This document shows positions 1 to 11,103 of a stretch of 64,000 nucleotides of DNA, one piece after another. The notes beneath the pieces were generated by a model, which saw nothing but the letters and a program-made list of their open reading frames with translations, had not been told where the DNA came from and made no database searches. Within the stretch, counting starts at the first letter, position 1. Each line of letters begins with the position of its first letter. Source of the stretch: Squalus acanthias (lineage: Eukaryota); contig CM059432.1 of the NCBI GenBank assembly GCA_030390025.1, forward strand, positions 17,672,001 to 17,736,000, written 5' to 3'. The position numbers and the translations under genes are program-made.

Positions 1-214
1 GTGTGTCAAGGATATAAAACAGAACAACACCAGGTACTTAGGTTGCTGATGTCCTCACTTGCTCTAATGCAAAAAACTTCCACAAAATAGAGTCACATTC
101 ATGAGATTTATGAATGCCCATGACCGATACAGACCATAGCAAGGATCTTATTGCCCTTGAGGGGGGGGGGGGCAGTGTTGAGTAAGAACAGGTCACAGGA
201 ATCTAAGTTGTACA

Positions 215-3200
215 GGAACAGTAGCGTAGTGGTACTGTCACTGGGCTAGTAACCCAGAGGCCTGGACTAATGATCCAGAAACGTGAGTTCAAATCCCACC
301 ACGACAGCTGGGGAATTTAAATTCAGTTGATTAAACAAATTAAATAAATCTATCGGATTGTTGTAAAAACCCACCATGTCCTTTAGGGAAGGAAATCTGC
401 CGTCCTTACCTGGTCTGGCCTATATGTGACTCCAGACCCACAGCAATGTGGTTGACTCTTAACTGCCCTCTGACATGGCCTAGCAAGCCACTCAGTTGTA
501 ACAAACCTGCTACGAAATACAATAATAAGAATGAAACCAGGTGGACCACCCGGCATTGACCTCGGCACCGGCTACGGACACGGCAACGGCACATCCAGCC
601 CAGTCGACCCTGAAAAGTCCGCCTCACCAACATCTGGGGACATTGTGCCAAAATTGGGAGAGTTGTCAAGCAGCAGCCTGACATAGTCATACTCACAGAA
701 TCATACCTTTCAGCCAATGTCCCAAACTCCTCCATCACCATCCCTGGGTATGTCCTGCTCCCACCGGCAGGACAGACCCACCTGGGGTGGTGGCACAGTG
801 GTATACAGTTGAGAAGGAGTGGCCCTGGTAGTCCTCAACATTGACTCCGGACCCATGAAGTCTCATGGCTGCAGGTCAAGCATGGGCAAGGAAACCACCT
901 AGCGCCCTCCCTCAGCTGATGAATCAGTACTCCTCCATGTTTAACACCACTTGGAAGAAGCACTGAGAGTAGCAAGGGCCCAGAAGGTACTCTGGGTGGG
1001 GACTTCAATGTCCAAGAGTGGCTCAGTAGCACCACTACTGGCTGAGTCCTGAAGGACATAACTGCCAGTCTGGGCCTGCGACAGGTGGTGAGAGAACCAA
1101 CATGAGGGAAAAACCGACTTGACCTCGTCCTCACCAATCTACCTGTCGCAGATGCATCTGTCCATGACAGTATTGGTAGCAGTGACCACCGCACAGTCAT
1201 TGTGGAGATGAAGTCAAGTCTTCACACTGAGGACACCCTCCATCATGTTGTGTGGCACTACCACCGTGCTAAATGGGTTGGATTCAGAACAGATCTAGCA
1301 GCTCAAAACTAGGCATCCATGAGGCACTGTGGGGCAGCAGCAGAATTGCATTCCACCGCAATCTGTAACCTCACGGCCCGGCATATCCCTCACTCTACCA
1401 TTACCATCAAGCCAGGGGACTAAACCTGGTTCTACAGGAGCATGCCAGGAGCAGCACCAGGCATATCAAAAAATGAGGTGCCAACCTGGGGAAGCTGCAA
1501 CACAGGACTACATGCATGCTAAAAAGCAGAAGCAGCATGCTATAGACAGGGCTAAGCGATCCCACAATCAACGGATCAGATCAAAGCTCTGCAGTCCTAT
1601 CACATCCAGTCGTGAATGGTGGTGGACCATTAAACAACTAACTGGAGGAGGAGGCTCCATAAATATCCCCATTCTCAATGATGGTGGAGCCCAGCACGTG
1701 AGTGCAAAAGACAAGGCTGAAGCGTTTGCAACCATCTTCAGCCAGAAGTGCCGAGTTGATGATCCATATCGGCCTACTCCTGAGGTCCCCACCATCACAG
1801 AAGCCACTCTTCAGCCAATTCGATTCACTCCATGTGATATCAAGAAATGGCTGAGCGCATTGGATACAGCCAAGGCTATGGGCCCCGACAACATCCTGGC
1901 TATCGTGCTGAAGACTTGTGCTCCAGAACTAGCTGTGCCTCTAGCCAAGCTGTTCCAGTACAGCTACAACACTGGCATCTATCCGACAATGTGGAAAACT
2001 GCCCAGGTATGTCCTGTCCACAAAAAGCAGGACAAATCCAATCCGGCAAATTACTGCCCCATCAGTCTACTCTCAATCATCAGCAAAGTGATGGAAGGTG
2101 TCATCGACAGTGATATCAAGCGGCACTTAATCACCAATAACCTGCTCACTGATTCCCAGTTTGGGTTCCGCCAAGACCACTCAGCTCCCAACCTCATTAC
2201 AGCCTTGGTCCAAACATGGAGCTGAATTCCAAAGGTGCGGTGAGAGCGACTGCCTTAGACATCAAGGTAGCATTTGACAGAGAGTGGCATCAAGGAGCCC
2301 GAGTAAAACTGAAGTCAATGGGAATCGGGGGGAAAACGCTCCACTGGCTGGAGTCATACCTAGCACAAAGGAAGATGGTTGTGGTGGTTGAAGGTCAATC
2401 ATCACAGCCCCAGGACATCGCTGCAGGAGTTCCTCAGGGCAGTGTCTTCAGCTGCTTCATCAATGACCTTCCCTCCAACATAAGGTCAGAAATGGGGATG
2501 TTCACTGATGACTGCACAGTGTTCAGCGCCATTCACAACTCCTCAGATAATGAAGCAGTCCATGCCCGCATGCAACAAGACCTGGACGACATTCAGGTTT
2601 GGGCTGATAAGTGGCAGGTAACATTCACGCCACAGAAGTGCCAGGCAATAACTATCTCCAACAAGTGAGAGTCGAACCACCTCCCCTTGACATTCAATGG
2701 CATTACCATCGCCGAATCCCCCACCATCAACATCCTGGGGGGTCACCATTGACCAGAAACTTAACTGGACCAGCCACATAAATACTGTGGCAACAAGAGC
2801 AGGTCAGAGGCTAGGCATTCTGCGGTGAGTGTCTCACCTCCTGACTCCCCAAAGCCTTTCCACCATCTACAAGGCACAAGTAAGGAGTGTGATGGAATAC
2901 TCTCCACTTGCCTGGATGAGTGCAGCTCCAACAACACTCAAGAAGCTCGACACCATCCAGGACAAAGCAGCCCACTTGATTGGGACCCCATCCACCACCT
3001 TAAACATTCACTCCCTCCACCACCAGCGTACCGTGGCTGCAGTGTGTACCATCTACAAGATGCACTGCAGCAACTCGCCAAGGCTTCTTCGGCAGCACCT
3101 CCCAAACCCGCGACCTCTTCCACCTAGAAGGACAAGGGCAGCAGATGCATGGAAACACCACCACCTCCAAGTTCCCCTCCAAGTCACACATCATCCTGAC

Positions 3201-3410
3201 TTAGAAGTATATCGCCGATCCTTCATCGTCGCTGGGTCAAAATCCTGGAACTCCCTACCTAACAGCACTGTGGGAGTACCTTCACCACACGGACTGCAGC
3301 GGTTCAAGAAGGCAGCTCACCACCACCTTCTCAAGGGCAATTAGGGATGGGCAATAAATGCTGGCCTTGCCAGCGACGCCCACATCCCATAAAACTAATT
3401 TTTAAAAAAA
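215..3410 (+). mobile_element. About 3.2-kb degenerate non-LTR retrotransposon (CR1/L2/Jockey-like superclade, 'family A') with tRNA-like 5' head, APE endonuclease and RT, no ORF1
   Basis: A box TAGCGTAGTGG (222-232) and B box GAGTTCAAATCC (285-296). APE-like segment from about 620 (QPDIVILTESYL, ITIPGY). RT fragments in ORFs 1329..2225, 2216..2668 and 2829..3344 (GVPQGS, FTDD). A-rich end. Confidence 0.85.
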
Positions 3411-3760
3411 GGAACGGTTGTGAAAGCTGGGCTTTGTCTTGTTGCAAAGGAAGAGCTTCGAAGCTGACATAGCAGAAGTCTTCAGAATTCTAAAGAGGAT
3501 TAATAAAGTTCAACCAAATCATTCATATTGACAAATTACATCTAGGGATGATATTTTAAAATAATGAAATTAGAGGGTAAATTCACTAAACCTGCTCAAA
3601 ATGAATGTCGGTTGGAGACAGAGCTGCACAACAGTGTAGCACTGATGGTCCAACCTCAGCTCCTTTTGTGTCTGGCTCCCTGCTGGGAGTGTGGGTTTTT
3701 GATTAATTTGTCCCTTGGAGTAAATAGGAATTTTAGGCAGAACTACTTTACATAAACAAT

Positions 3761-4418
3761 AGGCCCGATTTTAACCCTGCCCATCTGGCGGGAAAGGGGT
3801 GCGCAGCGGTTTAAAATGGTGGCAGGACGCTTAACGCTGCATTCCCGACGCGCTTATGCCCGCCGCCATCTTAACTGCAGTGCCGGGGCTGCCACTGCAG
3901 GCAGGCACGGGCCTCAGATAAATTTAAATGTTGGAGTCTAATGACGCCGTTCGGACCCCGACGCGATCTCAACTGCCAATCGCGGCAGTGACGTCCGGTG
4001 CCTGGCCCACCAGTGAAGCCTGGCAGCATTGTGGCCAGAAGAGGCTCAGGTAATTTATCATTTTTAATTTTCTGAAGGGTTTCCTTGTGGGTCCAGCAGG
4101 TGCTACTCCGGGCCCCACAAGGAAACTTCGGGAATCTTCTGCTTCCCTCCCCCTCCCGCCTCAGGACTCGCTCCTCCCCCCTCCCCCAACACCTACATAA
4201 TATGCCAGGGGCCAACCCTCTGGTCCCCCGTTGCATCCTCCTGCCGCCCAAAATCCCACTCCTGCCCACTGGCCTCCTCGGCATTCCGGCTGAGTTCAGA
4301 GAGGAGTCAACCTTTCATCATTTAAACGAAGCTTGAGAGTTAAAATCTACCAGGACTCGCTGGGGGGGTGTCGGACAGTTTGCCACCCGCTTCGGCCCCC
4401 GCAGTTTAAATTGGGGCT
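3761..4418. mobile_element. GC-rich MITE (AGGCCCGATTTTAAC / GTTTAAATTGGGGCT; flanks AAT/ATT)
   Basis: Imperfect TIRs; related to 41206-41878. Confidence 0.6.
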
Positions 4419-6417
4419 ATTAAGTTACCAAGGAAGGCCATTGAATCAGTAAGGATAGATGGAACAACTTGTATGTTTCGAGAGATCAAGGGATGCAGTG
4501 AGATGGCAGGGAGTTAGGGTTGAAGTCAACCAAAAATTGGCAGTTTTGTTAGGTTAAGTGGTCCCTCCTTCATCTAAAGTTCCCACTTTGGGAGTGAAGG
4601 ATCCTTAATGTTTCATTATGTTGGGAATCTCCAATGCGGATTTATTTTTTGATTTTTTTACTCTCTACAAGAAACATTTAGGGTTTTCGACCTTGAGACA
4701 AAAATGAAGGTTTTTTTTGGATCCTTTCTTGCTGATTATAACGCAAACACAATTAAAATTGACTGCTGCTATCTGTGTCTGCAGGCTGCAGAGATACACG
4801 TTCCAGACTGGCTGATATACACATAGCTCAGGACAAGCTGAGGAAGGGCTGTTCAGGAAGGCCTTGATATGCGTAAGGTCGACTGCTGTCCTCGTCATTG
4901 ACTGGGGACCCGTCGTCCAACAGGCCATTCAAAGTATTGGAACATATCAATGGGTCAAGCCATTAAATTCAAATACAAGCAACTTGTGGAGTTATTTGGC
5001 AGCTGTAATTCTGGGGACAAATGCCAATCAGAATGTAAATGAATGGCCACCTAACCTAGCATTGAGAAATATAATTATTAGCGTCCTTTTGTTCTGGGAA
5101 TATCTGCAAAAGAATTTGGAGTTATATTTGAGGTGGTGTTGCATGAAGGCAGTAGTCAGTCTGAAGCCATGAGAACTAAGGGGCAGGTCAGTGAATCCGT
5201 GGTAGTTTACAGTTATGTAAGTGTTAAAAAAAAAAACCTGTGTTTCAAGAGTCAGTTTTATGCTGAGAGTTAGCACATGGTGGAAACATCTTTGTTGTTT
5301 TTGAATCCAAGGCGATTGATAAAGTTTATAATTATTGTAAATACAGGGCCCCGACGTTATAGGAGGCCTGCTCTACTGGCAGAAAGGCAACAAAGTGGGA
5401 CTCCCGGCCAGCCACTGAGAAAGATGTAGACCCTGCCCCAAATTGTGGGGAGGGCTACATTAGCATCTTTAAGACAAGCAACTGAGCCCAATAAAGACGC
5501 TTCAGTGGCGTCCATCCCGTTTCGCTGGTGGATTTTGAATTCTGGAACTCAAAATAGAAGAATCAAGGCCCTTCTGGGCCTGCAGAAAGAAGGCAATCTA
5601 TTGTGTCTTTACCTTTGTCTTTAGAACTTTTGGGGCTGTTCCAAAGGACTCAACCAGGTTCTACCTTCCAAATTCCGGCCCACTACCAGGTGAAGTGCCC
5701 ATTCAACAGGCCTCGTTGACCCCAGAAATTTCAGCCCCACTGTTTTTATTGAGGATGTTCAATCGCCTGCTTAAGGCTCAATAAATTTGTCTAGTGGTTT
5801 AATGGCTCAGCCTTGCTTTGATAGAATGGGTATTTTTCTGCCAACTAAAGACAAAGAGGCCATGTGGCAGCATGTGATGTATTCTAATAAGTGACAACGG
5901 CTGTCCCGCCTGGCCCTTGGGTCTCACTACATTTAGCTAGATATTGGACAGGTAAAGAAATACCCTGGTTCGTAGAGCTGTGGTGCTGAACCTAAGGAAA
6001 TATACAAGCATAAAAACTGAAAAACATAACAAACCATCATTTAAATTTCCACAAACATCAAACATTAAAAAAAATAGAAACCTTGCAAATGATGTGCCAT
6101 AACATTTTGAAATTCTCTTGTACGGAACCCAATTTTCAGCCTGCGGTGCACATACTTACCACTGAGTCTGGAACATTACATATTCCCCTATTTAAAGTTC
6201 TCAATCGTGCGTCACAGGAGAATTGGCTAATTCTGTTCAATAAAACTCATCCACCTAGTACATTAACTCTCCCCTTATGATGGCATCAATGTATTAGAGT
6301 GATATGCTATGAACTGGCAAATGTTCTATGTGGATCCCTGATTTTTTCTTATGTTCTTAATTGGTTCGTGTCCTGCCTCCAGCTGGCAGGAGCATAAACT
6401 AGAATTTCCCCAATCCG

Positions 6418-6880
6418 ATTACAGAATAATAAAGCACAGAAGGAGGCCATTCCGCCCATCGTACCTGTGCCGGCTCTCTGAAAGAGCTCCTAATTAGTCC
6501 CTACTCTTTTCCCATAGCCCTGCAATTTTTTCCCCCTTCAAGTAGATATACAATTCCCTTTTGCAAGTCACTATTGAATCTGCTTCCACCACCCTTTCAG
6601 ACAATTCATTCCAGATTATAACAACTCGCTGAGTAAAAAAATTCTCCTCATTGGCTTTTTTGCCAATTTTCTTCAATCTGTGTTCTCTGGTTTATGACTG
6701 TACTGCCAGTGGAAAGTGTCTCCCTATCTACCTGATCAAAACCCTTCATAATTTTGGACACCTCTATTAAATATCCCCTTAACCTTCTTTGCTCTAAGGA
6801 GAACAATCCCAGTTTCTCTAGTCTCTGTGTTCCGTTATCCCTGGTACCATGCTGGTAAATCTCCTCTGGACCCTACCCAG
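6418..6880 (-). mobile_element. CR1 3' fragment
   Basis: FFTQRVV..WN motif and tail. Confidence 0.8.
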
Positions 6881-8199
6881 ATGCAAATATTGAACACATT
6901 TTAAGTGCATTTTCCTCACACAGTTTAATTTTACATGCATGGCATAAACAAAATAAGATACAAAGTCCTTACTGAATCTGACTGACATGGGCATATGACA
7001 CTGATTCAACTTTTTTCAGTCTTGAAATATTTGGCCAGCTCAATGGCAATATATGTCAGATGGGTTAGAGTAGATAGCTCCAATCTGGAGCCGGCACCAG
7101 CAAAGGCATGATGAGTTCCCTTCTGTTCTAAAATTTCAATAATTCTATTTCCCATGGTTTCCTCCCCCACCTTATAGCATTGAAATTACTATTCATGATG
7201 TTATCATACAACTATCTATTGCCTCCATTAAAACTACAGAGAGAAACTTGATGCAAATATGTTAAGTGGTCATACAATAATGTCATTCACCATCATTCCC
7301 AAGCTTATACAGTTTAAAGTAAGCTTTTGTGGGGAATAACTATAAATTAAAGTTATATCTGGCATCATAATGATAAAGTGTCACCAGCTGAAAACCTCGT
7401 CCAAGTGTTAGAAACAAATCCAGACATGTAATATAATAAATATCACCACTAATTAGTCTCTGTGACTTAATCATTCATATGGTTAGTCCAACTTGTTTAG
7501 CTACTTAATATCAATATCGAATGTCACCTAAATTCCCTCATGACTTGGTCATTTGTTTGGGAATTAGAAGGGATAATTTTGTTGTCCTCCCCGCTCCCTG
7601 GGAACTAAACAAAAGTGCACTGCACCCGTCCAGCCCCAGGAACACTTCAAATTCCTGTCCTGGGCCATTTAAATAGCCTGGGGCTGCCCTCGTGCAGGCC
7701 TATGCCCTGCCTGGGCCTAGCTGAGCCTAGCCCTGGCAGTAGGGGTAGGAATATCAGGGGCCTCTCAGGTCTGGAGGTGCCTACATGGCCTCGATCAATG
7801 GGACCACGATGGGGGAGCTAGGATTGCCAGCCGTCTCGGATTGCTTAGAGTCTCCTGGAAACGATGAGGAATCTCCCGGTCACTGCTGCTTGCAGCCTGG
7901 GAGAAAGGTAGAATTTCCCTGCTCCTGCAGCCCATGCACCCGGTGGCGAGGAGGCCCTTTAAATTTCCTGCCAGAGCAGCAGGCCCGCCCCCTGCCCCGT
8001 GATGTCACCGCCTGCCACCACAGAGAAACTGCCTGCAGCTCGGTGACGTCACCCTACTGGTACCCGCCTCGTGTCTCATTGACAAATATTGATGGTGTGG
8101 GGTTGGGGGGGGTGGGGAATTAATGAGGTCATTTCTGGTGGGTAGGGATGACCTCTGGAAACAGAATCCGCTGGTGGAGAAATAGCCAGTGAGCCAGAC

Positions 8200-8885
8200 T
8201 GGGGAGAGTGGTGGGGTTGGGCTGCTTAAATGGAGACTAGGGGGAAGGGTATTGGGGCTCGGGCGAGATAGGGTGACAGGGTATTTGGTTGAGTATTTAG
8301 AGCTTGGGGAGAGGAAGGACAGCTGGCTGGGAGTCTGAGGATTGGATCTTAGGGGGAGAGAGAGGACTGGGGGTCAGGATTGAGGGCTCGTGGGAGAGAG
8401 GAAGACTGAGAAATGGGGGGTGGGGTTGAGGGATAGGGCTCAGAGAGACGGAGACTGGGAGATGGGGGTGGGGATTGGGCGGGGGAGATGGGGAGACTGG
8501 GGACTCGAGGGCGGGGGAGTTGGGGCTTGAGTGGGGAGGAGAGAAGGGGACTGGGGGTTGGGGAGATTAGAGTAAGAGCAGGGGGAGTCTGTGGACTGGG
8601 AGACTGGGAATTGGGGGACTAGGATTGGGCTTGGCGGAGGTGAGGAGAGGGAGACTGAGGACTAGATTGGGGGATTAATGGGCTGGGGAAATCTGAAGAC
8701 TGTAGTATTGAAGTCGGGTGTATGGGGACTCAGGCCGGGGGAAAGAGGAGATTGAGGGATTTGGGGACAGAATGGAAGGCCAGGGATTGGGGCTTGGGTG
8801 GGAGGTGAGAGGCACTTCTGGTTGGGGGTAATTGGGGCTCAGGCAGGGAGAAAGGGGTCTGGGGGTTGGGGATGGGTGTGGGACC
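8200..8885 (+). repeat. G-rich low-complexity tract
   Basis: Recurrent GGGGACTGGGG/GGGGTTGGGG runs. Confidence 0.8.
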
Positions 8886-9171
8886 CAGCATTTCCTGCAA
8901 GGCCAAGAGCAGCAGCAAAATAGCAAGTGGCAGCGGTGCCGAGAGAGGAGCAGCCAGTAAAGGGGTGAGTGTAACCTGGTGACTTTACTCTGGGTAATTA
9001 GTGAAAGATTGTTTGTACTGGTGGGTGAAAGAGGAACAAGGGGACAGAGACTGAGGATTCTCACTGGAAGAACCAAGGGGGAGGGGAGAAGAAAGGTTTT
9101 CACACTGATAACTATTATACCATGGGATGCTTCACCGCTATTGAGGCCGAGACTAGGACATCATTTATAAA

Positions 9172-9667
9172 GAGCAGGAACCCTGGTTGATGTTCCATTG
9201 CTCTATCCGTGGGTCAGTGGGTGGTGATCAGGAGCAGGAACCCTGGCTGATGTTCCATTGCTCTATCCGTGGGTCAGTGGGTGGTGATCAGGAGCAGGAA
9301 CCCTGGCTGATGTTCCATCCCTCTATCCGTGGGTCAGTGGGTATGATCAGGAGCAGGAACCCTGGCTGATGTTCCATCCCTCTATCCGTGGGTCAGTGGG
9401 TATGATCAGAAGCAGGAGCCCTGGCTGATGTTCCATTGCTCTATCTGTGGGTCAGTGGGTGGTGATCAGGAGCAGGAACCCTGGCTGATGTTCCATCCCT
9501 CTATCCGTGGGTCAGTGGGTATGATCAGGAGCAGGAACCCTGGCTGATGTTCCCTCTCTCTATCCCAGGTCAGTGGGTATGATCAGGAGCAGGAGCCCTG
9601 GCTGATGTTCCCTTTCTCTATCCCAGGTCAGTGGGTATGATCAGGAGCAGGAACCCTGGCTGATGTT
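9172..9667. repeat. Minisatellite, 58-60-bp unit, about 8.5 copies
   Basis: GAGCAGGAACCCTGGCTGATGTTCCAT(T/C)(G/C)CTCTATCCGTGGGTCAGTGGGT(G/A)(G)TGATCAG repeated. Confidence 0.95.
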
Positions 9668-9731
9668 ACACATGAAGACAGGTAGGACCACCCACTCAAT
9701 TTACCCCATCTAATGAAAGCCATTGACTTAC

Positions 9732-11103
9732 CCCTATGTTTGCACAGCATTTTGATGTAGTAGAAAAGATTGGTGCACAGGTTGAATGGAGAAGGGGTCC
9801 CTGATTTCCTGATCATGTCACGGATCAGCATGGCCCTCCCAAACTTCCACTCGGTGTCTGACTGCGCCTGGATCCGCTGGTAGGTGTCGCTCATCATGGC
9901 AATCAGCAAGTTAATCAGGACAATCAGGGTCATGACAAGATACATTCCAAACACAAACTTGACAATGAATTGGGTAAAAGTAGGTGTCCGATACAATGGG
10001 GGCAAGGAGTCTGGATCCACCATTCCAAACAGAGCAAAGAAGAGCAAGACGGTAATATCCAAAGGGTCTTGAATGTCATAGTACTCCCCTTCAGAACCCG
10101 ATTTGTTTCGAGCAGATGGGTTGACCGGCGGGACAGGGTATACAGGTTGGTAAACGGCTGCAAGTTGCATGGTGAAGGCTACGTGAAAGAGGGCAAGAAT
10201 GACTGCAAACCTGGCGAGGTCCTTCATCAGGTCTCGGATAATGATAGCCCAGGGGCCGAAGAGGTGGTGGAAGGTTAGGAACTCCAGAAACTGCACAAAG
10301 CAAAGAGTCATGGCCACGGCAAGGAAAATGTTTCGGGCAAAGAAGCAGTGCAGGCGGTCATGGTCCCGAAAAGCAAATGCAAGTAGGTGACAGAAGACGG
10401 CAATGGCCGAGAATCCCAGGATGAAAACCCGAATCCAGGCTAGTCCTGCTCTCTCCCCTGGGTGGGTCAGCTCCGAGACCAGCATTCCTGAAAGCCAGGC
10501 TAACAGGAGCCACTCATTCCAGCAGGGCAGCATCCGCCCTTCATATATTGGGCTAAGCGGGGGATAGACTATGGTTAATATAAATAACACCAGGAGAAAG
10601 ATATGAGACACCAAATGGCTCATGAATTTCATTATGGGAATCCTGTTGAACCGGTGCTTAAGCGGAATGGAGAACATCAGCCAGATGGGGGGGCAGATGA
10701 GGAAGGTAAAGAACAAAAGTACGAGTTTCCAGTGGGCCCACTTCAAGTTCCCGTACCAGACATCGGTCAGGTACTTCTGCACCGCTGGGTGAGCCACCAC
10801 ATCCTTCTGTTCGCATTCTATTAAGGAGTCCAGCATTGTACTGCCACGATGGTCCACGGCACGGAGCAGGTAGCCGGCGCTTCTGCAACCAGATGCCACG
10901 GTAAGGAGCTCGGTCGCCATGTTTTCACAGTACTTGGCCGCTTCCAGCAGCTCCATGGATCGCTCTTTTTCCTTCAGAGCTGTGATGCCAAAAGCACGGG
11001 AGAGCTTGATGGCAGTGTCCATGGGGGCGGGCGAGTGCAGTACAAACTCTTCGATGACCTTGTTTCGATTGAGCTTTCCACACACCATGAGGTCAAAGAT
11101 AAA
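9732..11103 (-). CDS. trpn1: TRPN1 channel-domain exon (457 aa + 1 nt; FIFDLMVCG...KMLCKHR): linker, S1-S6, pore, TRP domain
   Basis: Lies within ORF 9628..11121; ttgcag acceptor at 11104-11105, G|gtaagt donor at 9730-9731; 1372 nt, phase 0-1. Confidence 0.95.

Noticed and set aside
215..300. tRNA gene
   Set aside because: A and B boxes are present but there is no complete cloverleaf; it is a retroelement head, as are 44805-44870 and 55010-55099.
8675..9103. Proline-rich 142-aa ORF
   Set aside because: By-product of the C-rich strand of the low-complexity G tract.
1..9170. Next (C-terminal) TRPN1 exon
   Set aside because: No convincing phase-1 exon was found by eye, including ORF 4665..4928. 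It probably lies beyond the window start, but a short exon could have been missed.
9172..9667. CRISPR-like regular array
   Set aside because: The whole unit repeats with no unique spacers, there are no cas genes and the context is vertebrate; it is a minisatellite.
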